From: Paracoccaceae bacterium
GTDB lineage: Bacteria > Pseudomonadota > Alphaproteobacteria > Rhodobacterales > Rhodobacteraceae
Reading direction: 5' to 3'
DNA length: 64,000 nt
Assembly: GCA_964291445.2 (NCBI GenBank)
Contig: OZ219862.1
Coordinates: 1,184,669 to 1,248,668 of the forward strand
Shown: positions 19,799 through 29,491 of the stretch, piece after piece
Layout of the letters: the number at the start of each line of letters is the position of its first letter
Numbering within the stretch: position 1 is the stretch's first letter
The notes under the pieces: model-generated
The model's input: only the letters and a program-made list of their open reading frames with translations
Told to the model about the DNA's origin: nothing
The model's database searches: none
Program-made: the position numbers and the translations under genes

Positions 19799-20099
19799 TC
19801 ACCCGACCCCGAGCGACCTCTTGCTGGAAGCGTCCTCCAATGGCTTTATCCCCGACATATCAACATTGGCATGAACAACACCAAAATTCTGTTGCATGTT
19901 CAGCCAGAACTCGGGGTTGCACCGCATAAGCAGGCAAGGCGCAGGGCGACATCCACGGTCACGCCAGTCGTTTCCCTGGTCAACCTCCAAATACCGGTGC
20001 GAGGCACGTTGAGCCGCCCGGCGGTTGACCTTCGCTCATATCGAGCGGAACCAGGAACTCGTGTTTCAATAATTCACCGTGATGGCACGGGTTCTTCAT
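19799..20099 (-). pseudogene. higA: HigA-family (XRE HTH) antitoxin gene, multiply frameshifted
   Basis: HigA-like segments lie in three different frames: MKNPCHHGELLKHEFLVPLDMS, then AGRLNVPRTGIWRLTRETTGVTVDVALRLA, then PEFWLNMQQNF...IKPL. Confidence 0.7.
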
Positions 20100-20275
20100 T
20101 GACGGCATTTGCAGAGCTCCCTCCGCCGGCAGTGGTCGCCTGTAATCTCGACAGCTTCCGGACCCTGTTCGGTCCAGGTGAAACAAATGCGCCATTGGCT
20201 GTTTATTCGTACCGAGTGCTGGCCTTGATTGGCACACTCAATCCACGGTTCGCGACTGCCGATAATCCGTCCGAA
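20096..20275 (-). pseudogene. higB: HigB-family (RelE-fold killer protein) toxin gene fragment, N-terminally truncated
   Basis: Translation ...GQHSVRINSQWRICFTWTEQGPEAVEI.. matches the conserved C-terminal core of HigB-type toxins. Two in-frame stops lie immediately upstream (20276-20281). Its stop overlaps the higA ATG (ATGA). Confidence 0.6.
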
Positions 20276-20369
20276 TTATTACGGTCGACGTCATGTTGCT
20301 GCGCGGATCGACCTGGCAACTAGGGGACCGCCGAGACCTGCCGGTTGGCACATTCGATCTTCGGGCCTG

Positions 20370-21881
20370 TCAGGTGTCGGGGCCCCGTCTTGCCAACTCC
20401 TCGGCGCCGAATCGTTCAACGGCTTCCAGGGTTTCGAGCACATCATCCCAACTGGTGTCGTGGTTGATGATGCAAAGCCGAAGCGCAAAGCGGCCGCCGA
20501 CATTTGTCGACGAAATGAATGACTGGTCCTCCCAGAACATGCGGGCCAGCACGGTGCGGTTGATGTCGTCCAGCACGGTCTCGTCAATGCCGGCCGCTCC
20601 AGAGTTGACCCGGAGGCACAACACGCCAAGTGAAACAGGCGTCATGAGTTCGAGCACCGGGCTTGCCTGGACATGATCGCCGGCCCGGGAGGCCAGCGTC
20701 ATTCCGTTCGAGACCGCGTGCCGGAACGCGGCCACGCCGAAGGTCTGGATGGACATCCAGACCTTGAGGGCGCGGAAGGAGCGGCTCAATTGCAGGCTTC
20801 GGTCGGAGAAATTCGGGTGATCGGCGCCCCAGATCGTGTCCTGAAGAACATCGTGGCCGATTGCGAATGCACGCTCCAGCCGGCGCAAATCCTTCACCAG
20901 AAGGCACCCGACCTCGTATGGCTGAAAGAGCCATTTGTGCCCATCCAGCGCAATGGAATCGGCCTTCTCAATACCACGCATGAGGTGCTGGCCGGCTTCG
21001 GTCAACATGGCAAACCCGCCATATGATGCATCGACATGCAGCCAGATGGCGTTCGCGGCACAGAACTGCGCCATCTCCTCGAGTGGATCGATGGCGCCGT
21101 TTCCGGTGGCGCCGGCATTGGCGCATACCAGCATCGGGCACAGACCGGCTGCACGGTCGTCGCTCACCGCCTCGCGCAAGGCATCCATGTCCAGGCGGTG
21201 ATTGTCATCAATTTGCAGCAACCGGACGTTGTCCCGTCGGATCCCGGTGACCCTGGCGGCCCGGATTTGCGCGCTGTGGCTCTGGTTGCTCATGTAAACA
21301 GTTGCCGATTCGGGATTTCCTGCCGCCTCCCGTGCGGCAACGAAGGCATTGACGGCCGCCGCCGAACCGCCGCTGGTCAACAGCCCACCGGCGCCCTCCG
21401 GGTATCCGACCCATTTTCGAAACCACTCGAGGACGACCAGTTCAACCTGGCTTGGTCCGCTTGCGGCAAGCCAGGTGCAGGCATTGACGTTGTATGCGGC
21501 CGCCATGAAATCGGCCAGCACGCCCGGCCAGGTGGTCGAGGACGGAACAAATCCAAAGCAGCGAGGGTGATCCAATCGCATCGCACATGGCAAGATGTCA
21601 CGCAGCGCCGACTCGATGACCTCCGTCGGGGGACGCCCGTTCTCCGGCGGGTCGGCAAGGAACTGCGCCTCGAGTACTTCCCGGAAATCCCCCTCCCAGG
21701 CACCCTCTCCGGCCAGGCTTCTGGACCGGTCTACCAGCAACTCCAGGGTCTTTTGCCCGAGTTCGAGCATCAGCTCCGGCTCCATCTGCAACCCGCTGCA
21801 ATAATGGCCCGCGGGGCCGTCATGCGAGGCAGGCTGTCCAGGCAACCCCGTTGCCTTCCGATCAGTGTTGCTGCTGGTCAT
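20370..21881 (-). CDS. pyridoxal-dependent (group II, aromatic-amino-acid type) decarboxylase
   Basis: 503 aa with the DGHKWLF PLP-lysine motif and HVDASYGG. SD GAAGGAAGG upstream of the start. Confidence 0.85.
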   Translation of the reverse strand: MTSSNTDRKATGLPGQPASHDGPAGHYCSGLQMEPELMLELGQKTLELLVDRSRSLAGEGAWEGDFREVLEAQFLADPPENGRPPTEVIESALRDILPCAMRLDHPRCFGFVPSSTTWPGVLADFMAAAYNVNACTWLAASGPSQVELVVLEWFRKWVGYPEGAGGLLTSGGSAAAVNAFVAAREAAGNPESATVYMSNQSHSAQIRAARVTGIRRDNVRLLQIDDNHRLDMDALREAVSDDRAAGLCPMLVCANAGATGNGAIDPLEEMAQFCAANAIWLHVDASYGGFAMLTEAGQHLMRGIEKADSIALDGHKWLFQPYEVGCLLVKDLRRLERAFAIGHDVLQDTIWGADHPNFSDRSLQLSRSFRALKVWMSIQTFGVAAFRHAVSNGMTLASRAGDHVQASPVLELMTPVSLGVLCLRVNSGAAGIDETVLDDINRTVLARMFWEDQSFISSTNVGGRFALRLCIINHDTSWDDVLETLEAVERFGAEELARRGPDT

Positions 21882-22112
21882 GGCCTTCCTTCGATCGATA
21901 TCACGGTGTCTTGTTCGACAAGGGCATCATCGGTGTCATTGTTGCGATGTCTCGGATGATACGATCCCTCGACCGGCAATCAATGACAAAATTTGGAGCG
22001 ACTGCAATGAGGTCACGACTCGTCAGGATTGACCCATGACCGCCACATGATATCACGCCCCATGCCGCGGGCCCGGGGAGAGATGCCGATGCGCAAACAG
22101 CGAGGCCGCGTC

Positions 22113-22283
22113 ATGGCCAGGGTTCTGGCCCATGTCGGCGCCATCGTGGCACTCTATCTCGTATTCTCGTTCTCGCTGTTTCTGGGCCTTCAGGTGCGCA
22201 CGCTCTATGGCAATGTCGGTCTTGGTCTCACGGCAATCCTGGTTGCCGCCTATGTCTATTTCGGAATCATCAGGAGACGTTGA
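22113..22283 (+). CDS. small hypothetical two-TM membrane protein
   Basis: 56 aa (MARVLAHVGAIVALYLVFSFSLFLG...LTAILVAAYVYFGIIRRR). GAGG lies 8 nt upstream of the ATG. No family recognised. Confidence 0.3.
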   Translation: MARVLAHVGAIVALYLVFSFSLFLGLQVRTLYGNVGLGLTAILVAAYVYFGIIRRR

Positions 22284-22361
22284 TGCCCTGGCGGCCGAGG
22301 AGTGCATTGGCGACCCGACCACGTGTGGTGCGTCCCTGCCCTCTGCCGGGGTTGTGGTGGC

Positions 22362-23672
22362 TTACACGAAACTGGTGCCGGCTTCCCGGGCGTCCTCGAT
22401 GGTTCGCAGGCCCGGGCGTGCCGCCGATACCATCACCGCCATGTTGCCTGGCTTGTGCTGGTTTCGCATCATCTTCATGTGGGCATCGGGGATCTGCTGC
22501 CAGGGCAGGACTTCCGACATGCACGGGTCGAGCCGCCGCTCGATCATGAGCTGGTTGGCCTGGCTTGCCTGCTTGAGATTGGCAAAATGCGAGCCCTGAA
22601 TGCGTTTCTGGTGCATCCAGACATAGCGAGCATCCATGGTCAGGTTGTATCCGGACGTTCCTGCGCAGATGACCACCATGCCGCCCCTCTTCACGACAAA
22701 TGTCGACACCGGGAAGGTCGCCTCGCCGGGATGTTCGAAGACGATATCGACATTTTTGCCTTTGCCGGTAACGTTCCAGATTGCCCGTCCGAACTTGCGG
22801 ACCTCGCCGAACCACTCCCGGTATTCCGGGGAATTGACGACCGGCAGCGCGCCCCAGCAGCTGAATTCGCTGCGGTTGATGACGCCCTTCGCACCGAGGT
22901 CGAGCACGAAGTCCCGCTTCGCCTCATCGGAAATCACGCCGATCGCGTTGGCACCGGCGGTATTGATCAGCTGGATGGCAAAGGATCCAAGCCCACCGGA
23001 TGCACCCCAGACCAGCACATTCTGCCCCGGCCGCAATATGTTGGGCCGGTGGCCGAACAGCATGCGGTAAGCCGTGGCCAGGGTGAGCGTGTAGCAGGCG
23101 GATTCCTCCCAGGTCAGGTGCATCGGCCGAGGCATCAGTTGGCGCGCCTGCACCCTGGCGAATTGGGCAAATGACCCATCCGGTGTTTCGTATCCCCAGA
23201 TGCGCTGGCTGGTCGAAAACATGGGGTCGCCGCCATTGCACTCCTCGTCATCCCCGTCATCCTGGTTGCAATGGATCACCACCTCGTCGCCCACCATCCA
23301 GCGACGGACCTTGTCGCCCACAGCCCAGACGATCCCGGACGCATCGGAGCCGGCGATATGGTAGTCTGCCCGGTGCACGTCAAAGGTCGAGACCGGCTGA
23401 CCAAGCGCCGCCCAGACGCCGTTGTAGTTGACCCCGGCAGCCATCACCAGGACCAGCACTTCCTGACTATCGATCTCCGGGATTTCGACCTCCTCCTCCT
23501 GCATGGCCGTGCACGGCTCTCCCAGCCTGTCGGGACGAATGACCCAGGCCTTCATACTGGCTGGAAGATGGCCAAGGGGCGGAATTTCACCGATTTCGTA
23601 GGCGTCCTTCATTGCGCCGTCGGCGCCGGAGGATGCCCGTGACTCGGCTGCGGCAGCATGCGGGTTTTTCAT
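22362..23672 (-). CDS. ccr: crotonyl-CoA carboxylase/reductase
   Basis: Highly characteristic Ccr sequence: EIGEIPPLGHLP, VLVLVMAAGVNYNGVWA, HCNQDDGDDEECNGGDPMFS, RIWGYETPDGSFAQF. Confidence 0.9.
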   Translation of the reverse strand: MKNPHAAAAESRASSGADGAMKDAYEIGEIPPLGHLPASMKAWVIRPDRLGEPCTAMQEEEVEIPEIDSQEVLVLVMAAGVNYNGVWAALGQPVSTFDVHRADYHIAGSDASGIVWAVGDKVRRWMVGDEVVIHCNQDDGDDEECNGGDPMFSTSQRIWGYETPDGSFAQFARVQARQLMPRPMHLTWEESACYTLTLATAYRMLFGHRPNILRPGQNVLVWGASGGLGSFAIQLINTAGANAIGVISDEAKRDFVLDLGAKGVINRSEFSCWGALPVVNSPEYREWFGEVRKFGRAIWNVTGKGKNVDIVFEHPGEATFPVSTFVVKRGGMVVICAGTSGYNLTMDARYVWMHQKRIQGSHFANLKQASQANQLMIERRLDPCMSEVLPWQQIPDAHMKMMRNQHKPGNMAVMVSAARPGLRTIEDAREAGTSFV

Positions 23673-24021
23673 GATGATGTCCTGAAGCCAGGTTGAATTC
23701 TCGATACACGATCGATCATCGAATACCGGCTTCTAATCGAACCCCGCCGCCGCAATCAATCTCAATGATTCACCTGTTCAGGCCGGCGGCTGTTGTCGGA
23801 CCGGATTGCCCATTGGGACGCCTGTTGCCGGCCCGACCTGTCCTTGGGAAGATGCGCCATTCACAACCGGGTCGGAGGCGGCCTGGCAGGTTCGGGGCGA
23901 AATGCTAGGACCGGCGGGCGGTCAGACCGTCTCATTCAACCTGGTTGTTCCACAAAAATCGGGCCTTGCACTGCGGGAATGATTGCATGATCCTTCACCG
24001 GTGGAGGTTATACGGAGACCG

Positions 24022-25428
24022 ATGGTACGAATCCTGCAACCGGCCAGCGCATTCCTGGCATTCGGGGCGTCGCGGGCGCATGCCCATGCGGCCGAGCAGG
24101 GTTTCGTGCTGCTGCTTCCGACCAAACTCTACATCTCGACCGGCATTGCCGCGGTTGTGCTGACCATAGCCGTCCTGGCGCTGGCGCCGTCGCACCTGTC
24201 GCGGCGGATGTTCGTTACGCTGAAATTGCCGCAGGTCGGATGCCCGCAATTCCTGCGGACCGCCTCCAGCCTTGCATCGCTGGTGGTGCTGGCGCTGCTG
24301 GTGGTGCTCGGATTCACTGGGCCGGGCGACCCGCTGACCAACCCGCTTCCACTTGCCGTCTGGACTGTCTGGTGGATCGTCATCGTTTTCCTGCAGGGCG
24401 TGGTCGGGGATATCTGGAGCTTCGTCAACCCCTGGACCGGGCTTCACCGGGTCCTGACGGGAGGGAAGTCGAGCGGCCGGCTGGCCCCGCCGCCGCCATG
24501 GGTCGGCCACGGAATCGGCATCCTGTTTCTCCTGATCTTTCACATCGTGTCGCTGGCCGACCCGGCGCCGGACAACCCGCCGCGCCTTGCCGGTTTCGTT
24601 GCCGCATACTGGCTGGTGACGATGGCCGGCATGCTGCTTTGTGGACGCGAGGCCTGGCTCGAGCGCAGCGAGTGCTTCACAATGCTGTTCCGGCTGGTTG
24701 GCAGCCTGTCGCCGCTGCGCCTGGCCCGGGGCGGCAGCGAGGTCGGCTTGCCAGGCTGGCAGTTGGTCAGGTTGGAATGCGTTCCGGCCGGCCTAGCCCT
24801 TTTCGTGTTGATTGCACTGGGCACCGGCAGCTTTGACGGGCTGAACGAGACCTTTTGGTGGCTTGCCCTCATCGGCGTCAATCCACTCGAATTTCCCGGC
24901 CGGTCGGCGGTCATCGGTGAAACCGTGGCCGGAATCATGGCGGCATCCCTGCTGCTGATCCTGGTGTTTTCGGCCTGCACCTGGATCGGAATTCGGATCG
25001 CCGGCGCCGGCCATGGAGACGCGACCGGCTTCGGCACCGCCTTCCGGCGGTTGTCGATCTCGGTGCTGCCGATTGCCTTCGGCTACCATGCCGCCCATTA
25101 CCTGACCGCGTTCATGGTCAACATCCAGTATGCGGCGGCGGCGGCAAACGACCCGCTCGGGACCGGGGCCGACCTCCTGGGCCTGGGTCACTTCTACGTG
25201 ACCACCGGCTTCTTCAATACCAGGGAGTCGGTGCGGATCATCTGGCTGACCCAGTGTTTTGCCGTCGTTGCCGGACATGTGATCGCGGTGATGGTCGCCC
25301 ATGAAATCGCCCGCCGGATATTTCCGACCGGCAGGCAGGCGCTGCTGAGCCAGATTCCGATGTCGGTGTTCATGATCCTCTACACCCTTCTCAGCCTGTG
25401 GCTGCTGGCCTCGCCCCGCGGTGCCTGA
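24022..25428 (+). CDS. hypothetical polytopic membrane protein
   Basis: About 468 aa with more than 10 predicted TM helices. Signal-like N-terminus ending AHAHAAEQG. GGAG SD upstream of the ATG at 24022. No family recognised. Confidence 0.6.
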   Translation: MVRILQPASAFLAFGASRAHAHAAEQGFVLLLPTKLYISTGIAAVVLTIAVLALAPSHLSRRMFVTLKLPQVGCPQFLRTASSLASLVVLALLVVLGFTGPGDPLTNPLPLAVWTVWWIVIVFLQGVVGDIWSFVNPWTGLHRVLTGGKSSGRLAPPPPWVGHGIGILFLLIFHIVSLADPAPDNPPRLAGFVAAYWLVTMAGMLLCGREAWLERSECFTMLFRLVGSLSPLRLARGGSEVGLPGWQLVRLECVPAGLALFVLIALGTGSFDGLNETFWWLALIGVNPLEFPGRSAVIGETVAGIMAASLLLILVFSACTWIGIRIAGAGHGDATGFGTAFRRLSISVLPIAFGYHAAHYLTAFMVNIQYAAAAANDPLGTGADLLGLGHFYVTTGFFNTRESVRIIWLTQCFAVVAGHVIAVMVAHEIARRIFPTGRQALLSQIPMSVFMILYTLLSLWLLASPRGA

Positions 25429-25488
25429 CCTTGAGCCGGCATGTCCGGCACGATTGACCTGCCTCTGGCCTGGCCCCGCGCTGCCTGA
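25405..25488. repeat. direct repeat copying the last 24 nt (including the stop) of the membrane-protein gene 60 nt downstream
   Basis: CTGGCCTCGCCCCGCGGTGCCTGA (25405-25428) versus CTGGCCTGGCCCCGCGCTGCCTGA (25465-25488), 22/24 identical. Confidence 0.8.
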
Positions 25489-25590
25489 ACGGCCCTTGCA
25501 TTTCAAACGGCTGGACACGGCAACTCGAATGATGCACGGTTTCGCGGTCATGTGCCGCCAAGGCTGAGAACTCTAACTGGGAGATAATCG

Positions 25591-26886
25591 ATGCAACAGA
25601 ACAGCAGGATCATGAGCCGCAGGAATGCCCTGAAAACGCTTGGCGCCGGCGCCGGCGCGCTGGCTGCCAGCGGAACCCTTCCGGCATTCCTCGGATATTC
25701 GCAGCTGCACAGTTCCGAGCCGATCAGGATCGGATTCCAGGTGCACAGGACCGGCATCGGCGCCGCTTATGGCAGGTGGTACGACCGGACCACGGCCGCC
25801 GCGGTAAAACGGATCAACGATACCGGCGGGATCAATGGCCGTCCGGTGGAGATCGTGGCTGAAGATGACGGCACCGACCCCAAACGGGGAGCCGAGGTGG
25901 TCGAAAAATTCGCCACCCTCGAGAACTGCGATGTCGCCTTCGGCACCCTGTTCAGCCATGTGGTTATCGGCTCGGCGCCGCGGGCAGGCGAATTGAAGAT
26001 CCCCTATTTCGTGGTGTCGGAAGGCCATCACGTGGCCAGCGGCATTCTCAACCGCTACACGCTGCAACCCGGCATCACCGACGTGAAGAGCCAGGTCGAG
26101 GCCATGGGTCCGTTTATCGCCGACAATCTCGGCAAGAAGGTGACCATGATCTTCCCCGATTTTGCCTTCGGACATGATCATCGCGACTATTTCACCGCCG
26201 CGTTCCAGAATGCGGGCGGCTCGGTGCTGGAGCATATCGCGATTCCGCCGACCGAAACCTCCTTCACCAAGTATTTCCCGAAGATTCCACAGGATACCGA
26301 GATCCTCTACCACGTCATGGTCGGACCAGCGGTGCTGACCTTCGTCAAGGAACTCGGCGAGTTTTTCGGCTCGAGCGGGCCGGAACTGTTCGGATTCATT
26401 GACAGCCTGGAAGCGGTCGATATCGGCAGCCCCGGCCTCGAATTCCTCGAGGGTTCCTATTTCTGGGAAGGCAATCCCCGATACGCCCAGGCGGACCAGA
26501 CCAGCCACGACGCCGCATACCGCGATGCGGTCGGCGTCGATGGCAATGGCGCCTCGGTGTCGGACCCGCAGGATGTGTCGACCTATGCCCACATGTTCGG
26601 GTGCTGGGAGACCCTCAACATCATCAAGGCGGGCATGGAGGCATCGGGCTATAGCGGTCCGCAGGACCGGGCCAGCCTGATCGAGGCCGTGGAAGCGATG
26701 ACCGATCTTCCGCTCTCGGATGATCATCCGCAGGGCGCGAAGATGTTCAACGGCAAGACCCACCAGGTGTTCGGCCACCAGTACATCACCAAGGTCAATG
26801 ATGGTCGGCTCGACCTGGTTCATACAACCTCGATCGAGGACACCTTCTACCCGGACGAGGTCGACTACACCACGCAGGCTTTCTGA
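25591..26886 (+). CDS. Liv-type (type 1 periplasmic binding fold) ABC substrate-binding protein with a Tat-like signal
   Basis: 431 aa. SRRNALKTLGAGAGALAASG twin-arginine-like leader. LivK-family-like body. Confidence 0.85.
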   Translation: MQQNSRIMSRRNALKTLGAGAGALAASGTLPAFLGYSQLHSSEPIRIGFQVHRTGIGAAYGRWYDRTTAAAVKRINDTGGINGRPVEIVAEDDGTDPKRGAEVVEKFATLENCDVAFGTLFSHVVIGSAPRAGELKIPYFVVSEGHHVASGILNRYTLQPGITDVKSQVEAMGPFIADNLGKKVTMIFPDFAFGHDHRDYFTAAFQNAGGSVLEHIAIPPTETSFTKYFPKIPQDTEILYHVMVGPAVLTFVKELGEFFGSSGPELFGFIDSLEAVDIGSPGLEFLEGSYFWEGNPRYAQADQTSHDAAYRDAVGVDGNGASVSDPQDVSTYAHMFGCWETLNIIKAGMEASGYSGPQDRASLIEAVEAMTDLPLSDDHPQGAKMFNGKTHQVFGHQYITKVNDGRLDLVHTTSIEDTFYPDEVDYTTQAF

Positions 26887-26913
26887 TCGGCCTGACCCGG
26901 GCGGCGAGCCGAA

Positions 26914-27837
26914 ATGGATTTCGGTCCGCATCTTTTCCTGGCCTCGCTGGAAGGCGCGATTACCGCCGCCGTCATTTCCCTGACGGCGGTGGGTCTGAGC
27001 ATCGTGTTCGGCATCATGCGCGTGGTCAATGTCGCGCATGGCGAGTTCTTCATGCTGGGCGCGGTGACGGCATGGTGGGTGGCGACGTCGCTCGGCGGCC
27101 ACCCGGCGGTGGGGTTTGCCGCGGCGCTGATCGTGGCGCCGCTCCTGGTCGGCCTGGTGGCAACCCTGGCCGACCGGCTGGTACTGTTCCGGCTCGACTA
27201 CGATCCGGAGCGAACCATCGTTGCCACCATCGGGCTGCTCTACGTCATCCAGCAGGTCACGCTGATGACCTTCGGCCCGGATGCCCGTCCGGTCGAACCT
27301 CCTTTCAACCACCGAATTCCGATTCCCTGGTTCGAATTTGCCGAGGGCGGGGTGCAGATGACCTGGCCCTGGGGGCTGGCCACCACCACCTACAAGCTCG
27401 CCGTCATCCTTGCCGCCGCTCTCATCATCTTCGGGGTCTGGCGATTCCTGTCGCGCACCCGCTTTGGCCTGGTGATGCGGGCAACGCAGCTCGACCGTGA
27501 CATGGCGACTGCCTTCGGCATTCCGGTCGGAAAGGTCTACGCCCGCGTCTTCGGTTTCGGCGCCGGCCTGGCCGCCCTCGGCGCCGTGCTCATTGTCCCG
27601 GTCCAGCAGGCCCACTACCTGATGGGTGCCGACCCGCTGCTGCTGTCATTCATCGTCGTCATCATCGGTGGCCTTGGCAGCTTGCCCGGAACCATCATTG
27701 CCGCCGTCATCATCGGCATGAGTGACGGCATCATCTCCGTGTTCTTCTCCCCAACCCTGGCCAAGATCATCGCCACGCTACTGGTTGCCTTCGTGCTGGT
27801 GTTCAGGCCGCAAGGGCTGTTTGGCCGGACGCAATGA
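26914..27837 (+). CDS. branched-chain amino-acid-type ABC permease (LivH family)
   Basis: 307-aa multi-TM LivH-like protein. Coupled by ATGA to the next gene. Confidence 0.9.
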   Translation: MDFGPHLFLASLEGAITAAVISLTAVGLSIVFGIMRVVNVAHGEFFMLGAVTAWWVATSLGGHPAVGFAAALIVAPLLVGLVATLADRLVLFRLDYDPERTIVATIGLLYVIQQVTLMTFGPDARPVEPPFNHRIPIPWFEFAEGGVQMTWPWGLATTTYKLAVILAAALIIFGVWRFLSRTRFGLVMRATQLDRDMATAFGIPVGKVYARVFGFGAGLAALGAVLIVPVQQAHYLMGADPLLLSFIVVIIGGLGSLPGTIIAAVIIGMSDGIISVFFSPTLAKIIATLLVAFVLVFRPQGLFGRTQ

Positions 27838-28781
27838 CAGCTTCGCCGCGCAACGAACACATGCTGCATTTCGGCCTGCTGGCGGCACTGGCACTGCTGT
27901 TCTTCGTGATGTCCGACTACCATGATGGCAATCTTGCCAGGATCATGGTGCTGGCCGTCTACGCCACCGGCTACAATTTGCTTTTTGGCTATACCGGGCT
28001 TCTGAGCCTTGGCCATGCCCTGTTCTTTGCCGCCGGCATGTATGGTCTTGGCCTACCCATGCACCTCTTTGGCCTCGGTGCATTGCCGGCGATGCTGACC
28101 GGGATCCTGTCGGCGGCGATGGTCTCGGCGGTGGTCGGGTTCCTGGCGCTCAGGACCACCGGGGTGGCATTCATGATCGTCACCCTGATGTTTGCGCAGG
28201 CCGGTTTCCTGACGGTGCTGCATTTCGGCAAGTACACCCGTGGCGACGAGGGCTTCGTCATCCAGCAGGCCGACAGGATGATCGCCGGTTTCGACCTGTC
28301 GACGCCGACAAACCGGTATTTTGCCGCGTTCCTGATCTTCTCGCTGGTATTCCTGGCGGTGGCGGCCCTGCTTCGCACATCGTTTGGCAGGTGCCTGGTG
28401 GCCATCCGCGAGAACGAGGACCGGGCGCGCATGCTCGGCTATGATGTCTGGACGCACAAATTCCTGGCGGTGATTGCCTCGGGCACCATCTCGGGAATCG
28501 CCGGGGCGTCATATGCGTTGCTGTTCGGTTATGCCGGTGCCACCTTCGCATCGGTGCAGTATTCGATCCTGCCGCTGCTGTGGGTGTTGCTCGGGGGCGC
28601 CGGCACCACCATCGGCCCACTCATCGGCACCATCTTTGCATTCTACCTTGTCGACCTGGCCAGCGAGGTGACGACGGCGCATCTGCTGGTGGTGGGCCTG
28701 ATCATCGTGCTCCTGACGCTGTTTGCGCCGCAAGGTCTTGCCGGCGAGTTGCGACGTCGCGGGTTGCGGTGGCTGCCATGA
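27834..28781 (+). CDS. branched-chain amino-acid-type ABC permease (LivM family)
   Basis: 315-aa multi-TM LivM-like protein (GYTGLLSLGHALFF). Confidence 0.9.
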   Translation: MTASPRNEHMLHFGLLAALALLFFVMSDYHDGNLARIMVLAVYATGYNLLFGYTGLLSLGHALFFAAGMYGLGLPMHLFGLGALPAMLTGILSAAMVSAVVGFLALRTTGVAFMIVTLMFAQAGFLTVLHFGKYTRGDEGFVIQQADRMIAGFDLSTPTNRYFAAFLIFSLVFLAVAALLRTSFGRCLVAIRENEDRARMLGYDVWTHKFLAVIASGTISGIAGASYALLFGYAGATFASVQYSILPLLWVLLGGAGTTIGPLIGTIFAFYLVDLASEVTTAHLLVVGLIIVLLTLFAPQGLAGELRRRGLRWLP

Positions 28782-29491
28782 ACCTCCTGTCCACCAAATC
28801 CCTGTGCCGGAATTTCGGTGGGCTGCAGGCGGTGCGCAACGTGGATTTCGACCTGCCGGCCGGACAGGTCCGAGCCATCATCGGGCCGAATGGTGCCGGC
28901 AAGTCCACCTTCGTGGCCATGGTTTGCGGGCGAATTCCGGCCAGCAGCGGCGAGGTCGAGTTTGATGGCAAGCGGGTATCACCCCTGCCCGCCCACAAGC
29001 GGATCAGCATGGGCATGGCCTACACCTTCCAGATCACCTCGGTGTTTTCCAACTTGACGGTCCACGAAAATGTTGCGCTCGGGGTCAGGCGGGCCTTCGG
29101 CTCAGACCGGGAGGAGACCGGAAAGCGGGTGACGGAGGTGCTGGAGATGGTCGGCATCGCCGACCGGTCCGGGCAAACTGCCGGTGATCTGAGCTACGGC
29201 CATCAAAGGCTGCTGGAGATTGCCATGGGGCTCGGCCAGGCCCCCAAATTGTTGGTGCTCGACGAGCCGACGCAGGGGCTGGCCGAAAGCGAGGTCGAGG
29301 AATTCAAGGGGCTGGTGCGGTCGATTGCCGGCGACACCACCATCCTCTTGATCGAGCACAACATGAATGTGGTGATGGAGACCGCCGAATTCATCACGGT
29401 GATGAATTTTGGCCAGGTGCTGGCAGAAGGCACACCCGACGAGGTGCGGTCGAATGCCGAGGTCCAGCACGCCTATCTCGGTGACGGATGA
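28778..29491 (+). CDS. ABC transporter ATP-binding protein (LivG family)
   Basis: Start at the ATG at 28778 (MNLLSTKSLCRNFGGLQAV), an ATGA overlap. Walker A GPNGAGKST. Confidence 0.9.
   Translation: MNLLSTKSLCRNFGGLQAVRNVDFDLPAGQVRAIIGPNGAGKSTFVAMVCGRIPASSGEVEFDGKRVSPLPAHKRISMGMAYTFQITSVFSNLTVHENVALGVRRAFGSDREETGKRVTEVLEMVGIADRSGQTAGDLSYGHQRLLEIAMGLGQAPKLLVLDEPTQGLAESEVEEFKGLVRSIAGDTTILLIEHNMNVVMETAEFITVMNFGQVLAEGTPDEVRSNAEVQHAYLGDG

Noticed and set aside
23690-23750. Repeated TCGA-containing words (TCGATAC ... TCGAATAC ... TAATCGAAC) just upstream of ccr, as a possible operator.
   Set aside because: The repeats are short and irregularly spaced, with no clean dyad or phased arrangement. This is not enough to call a site without comparative data.
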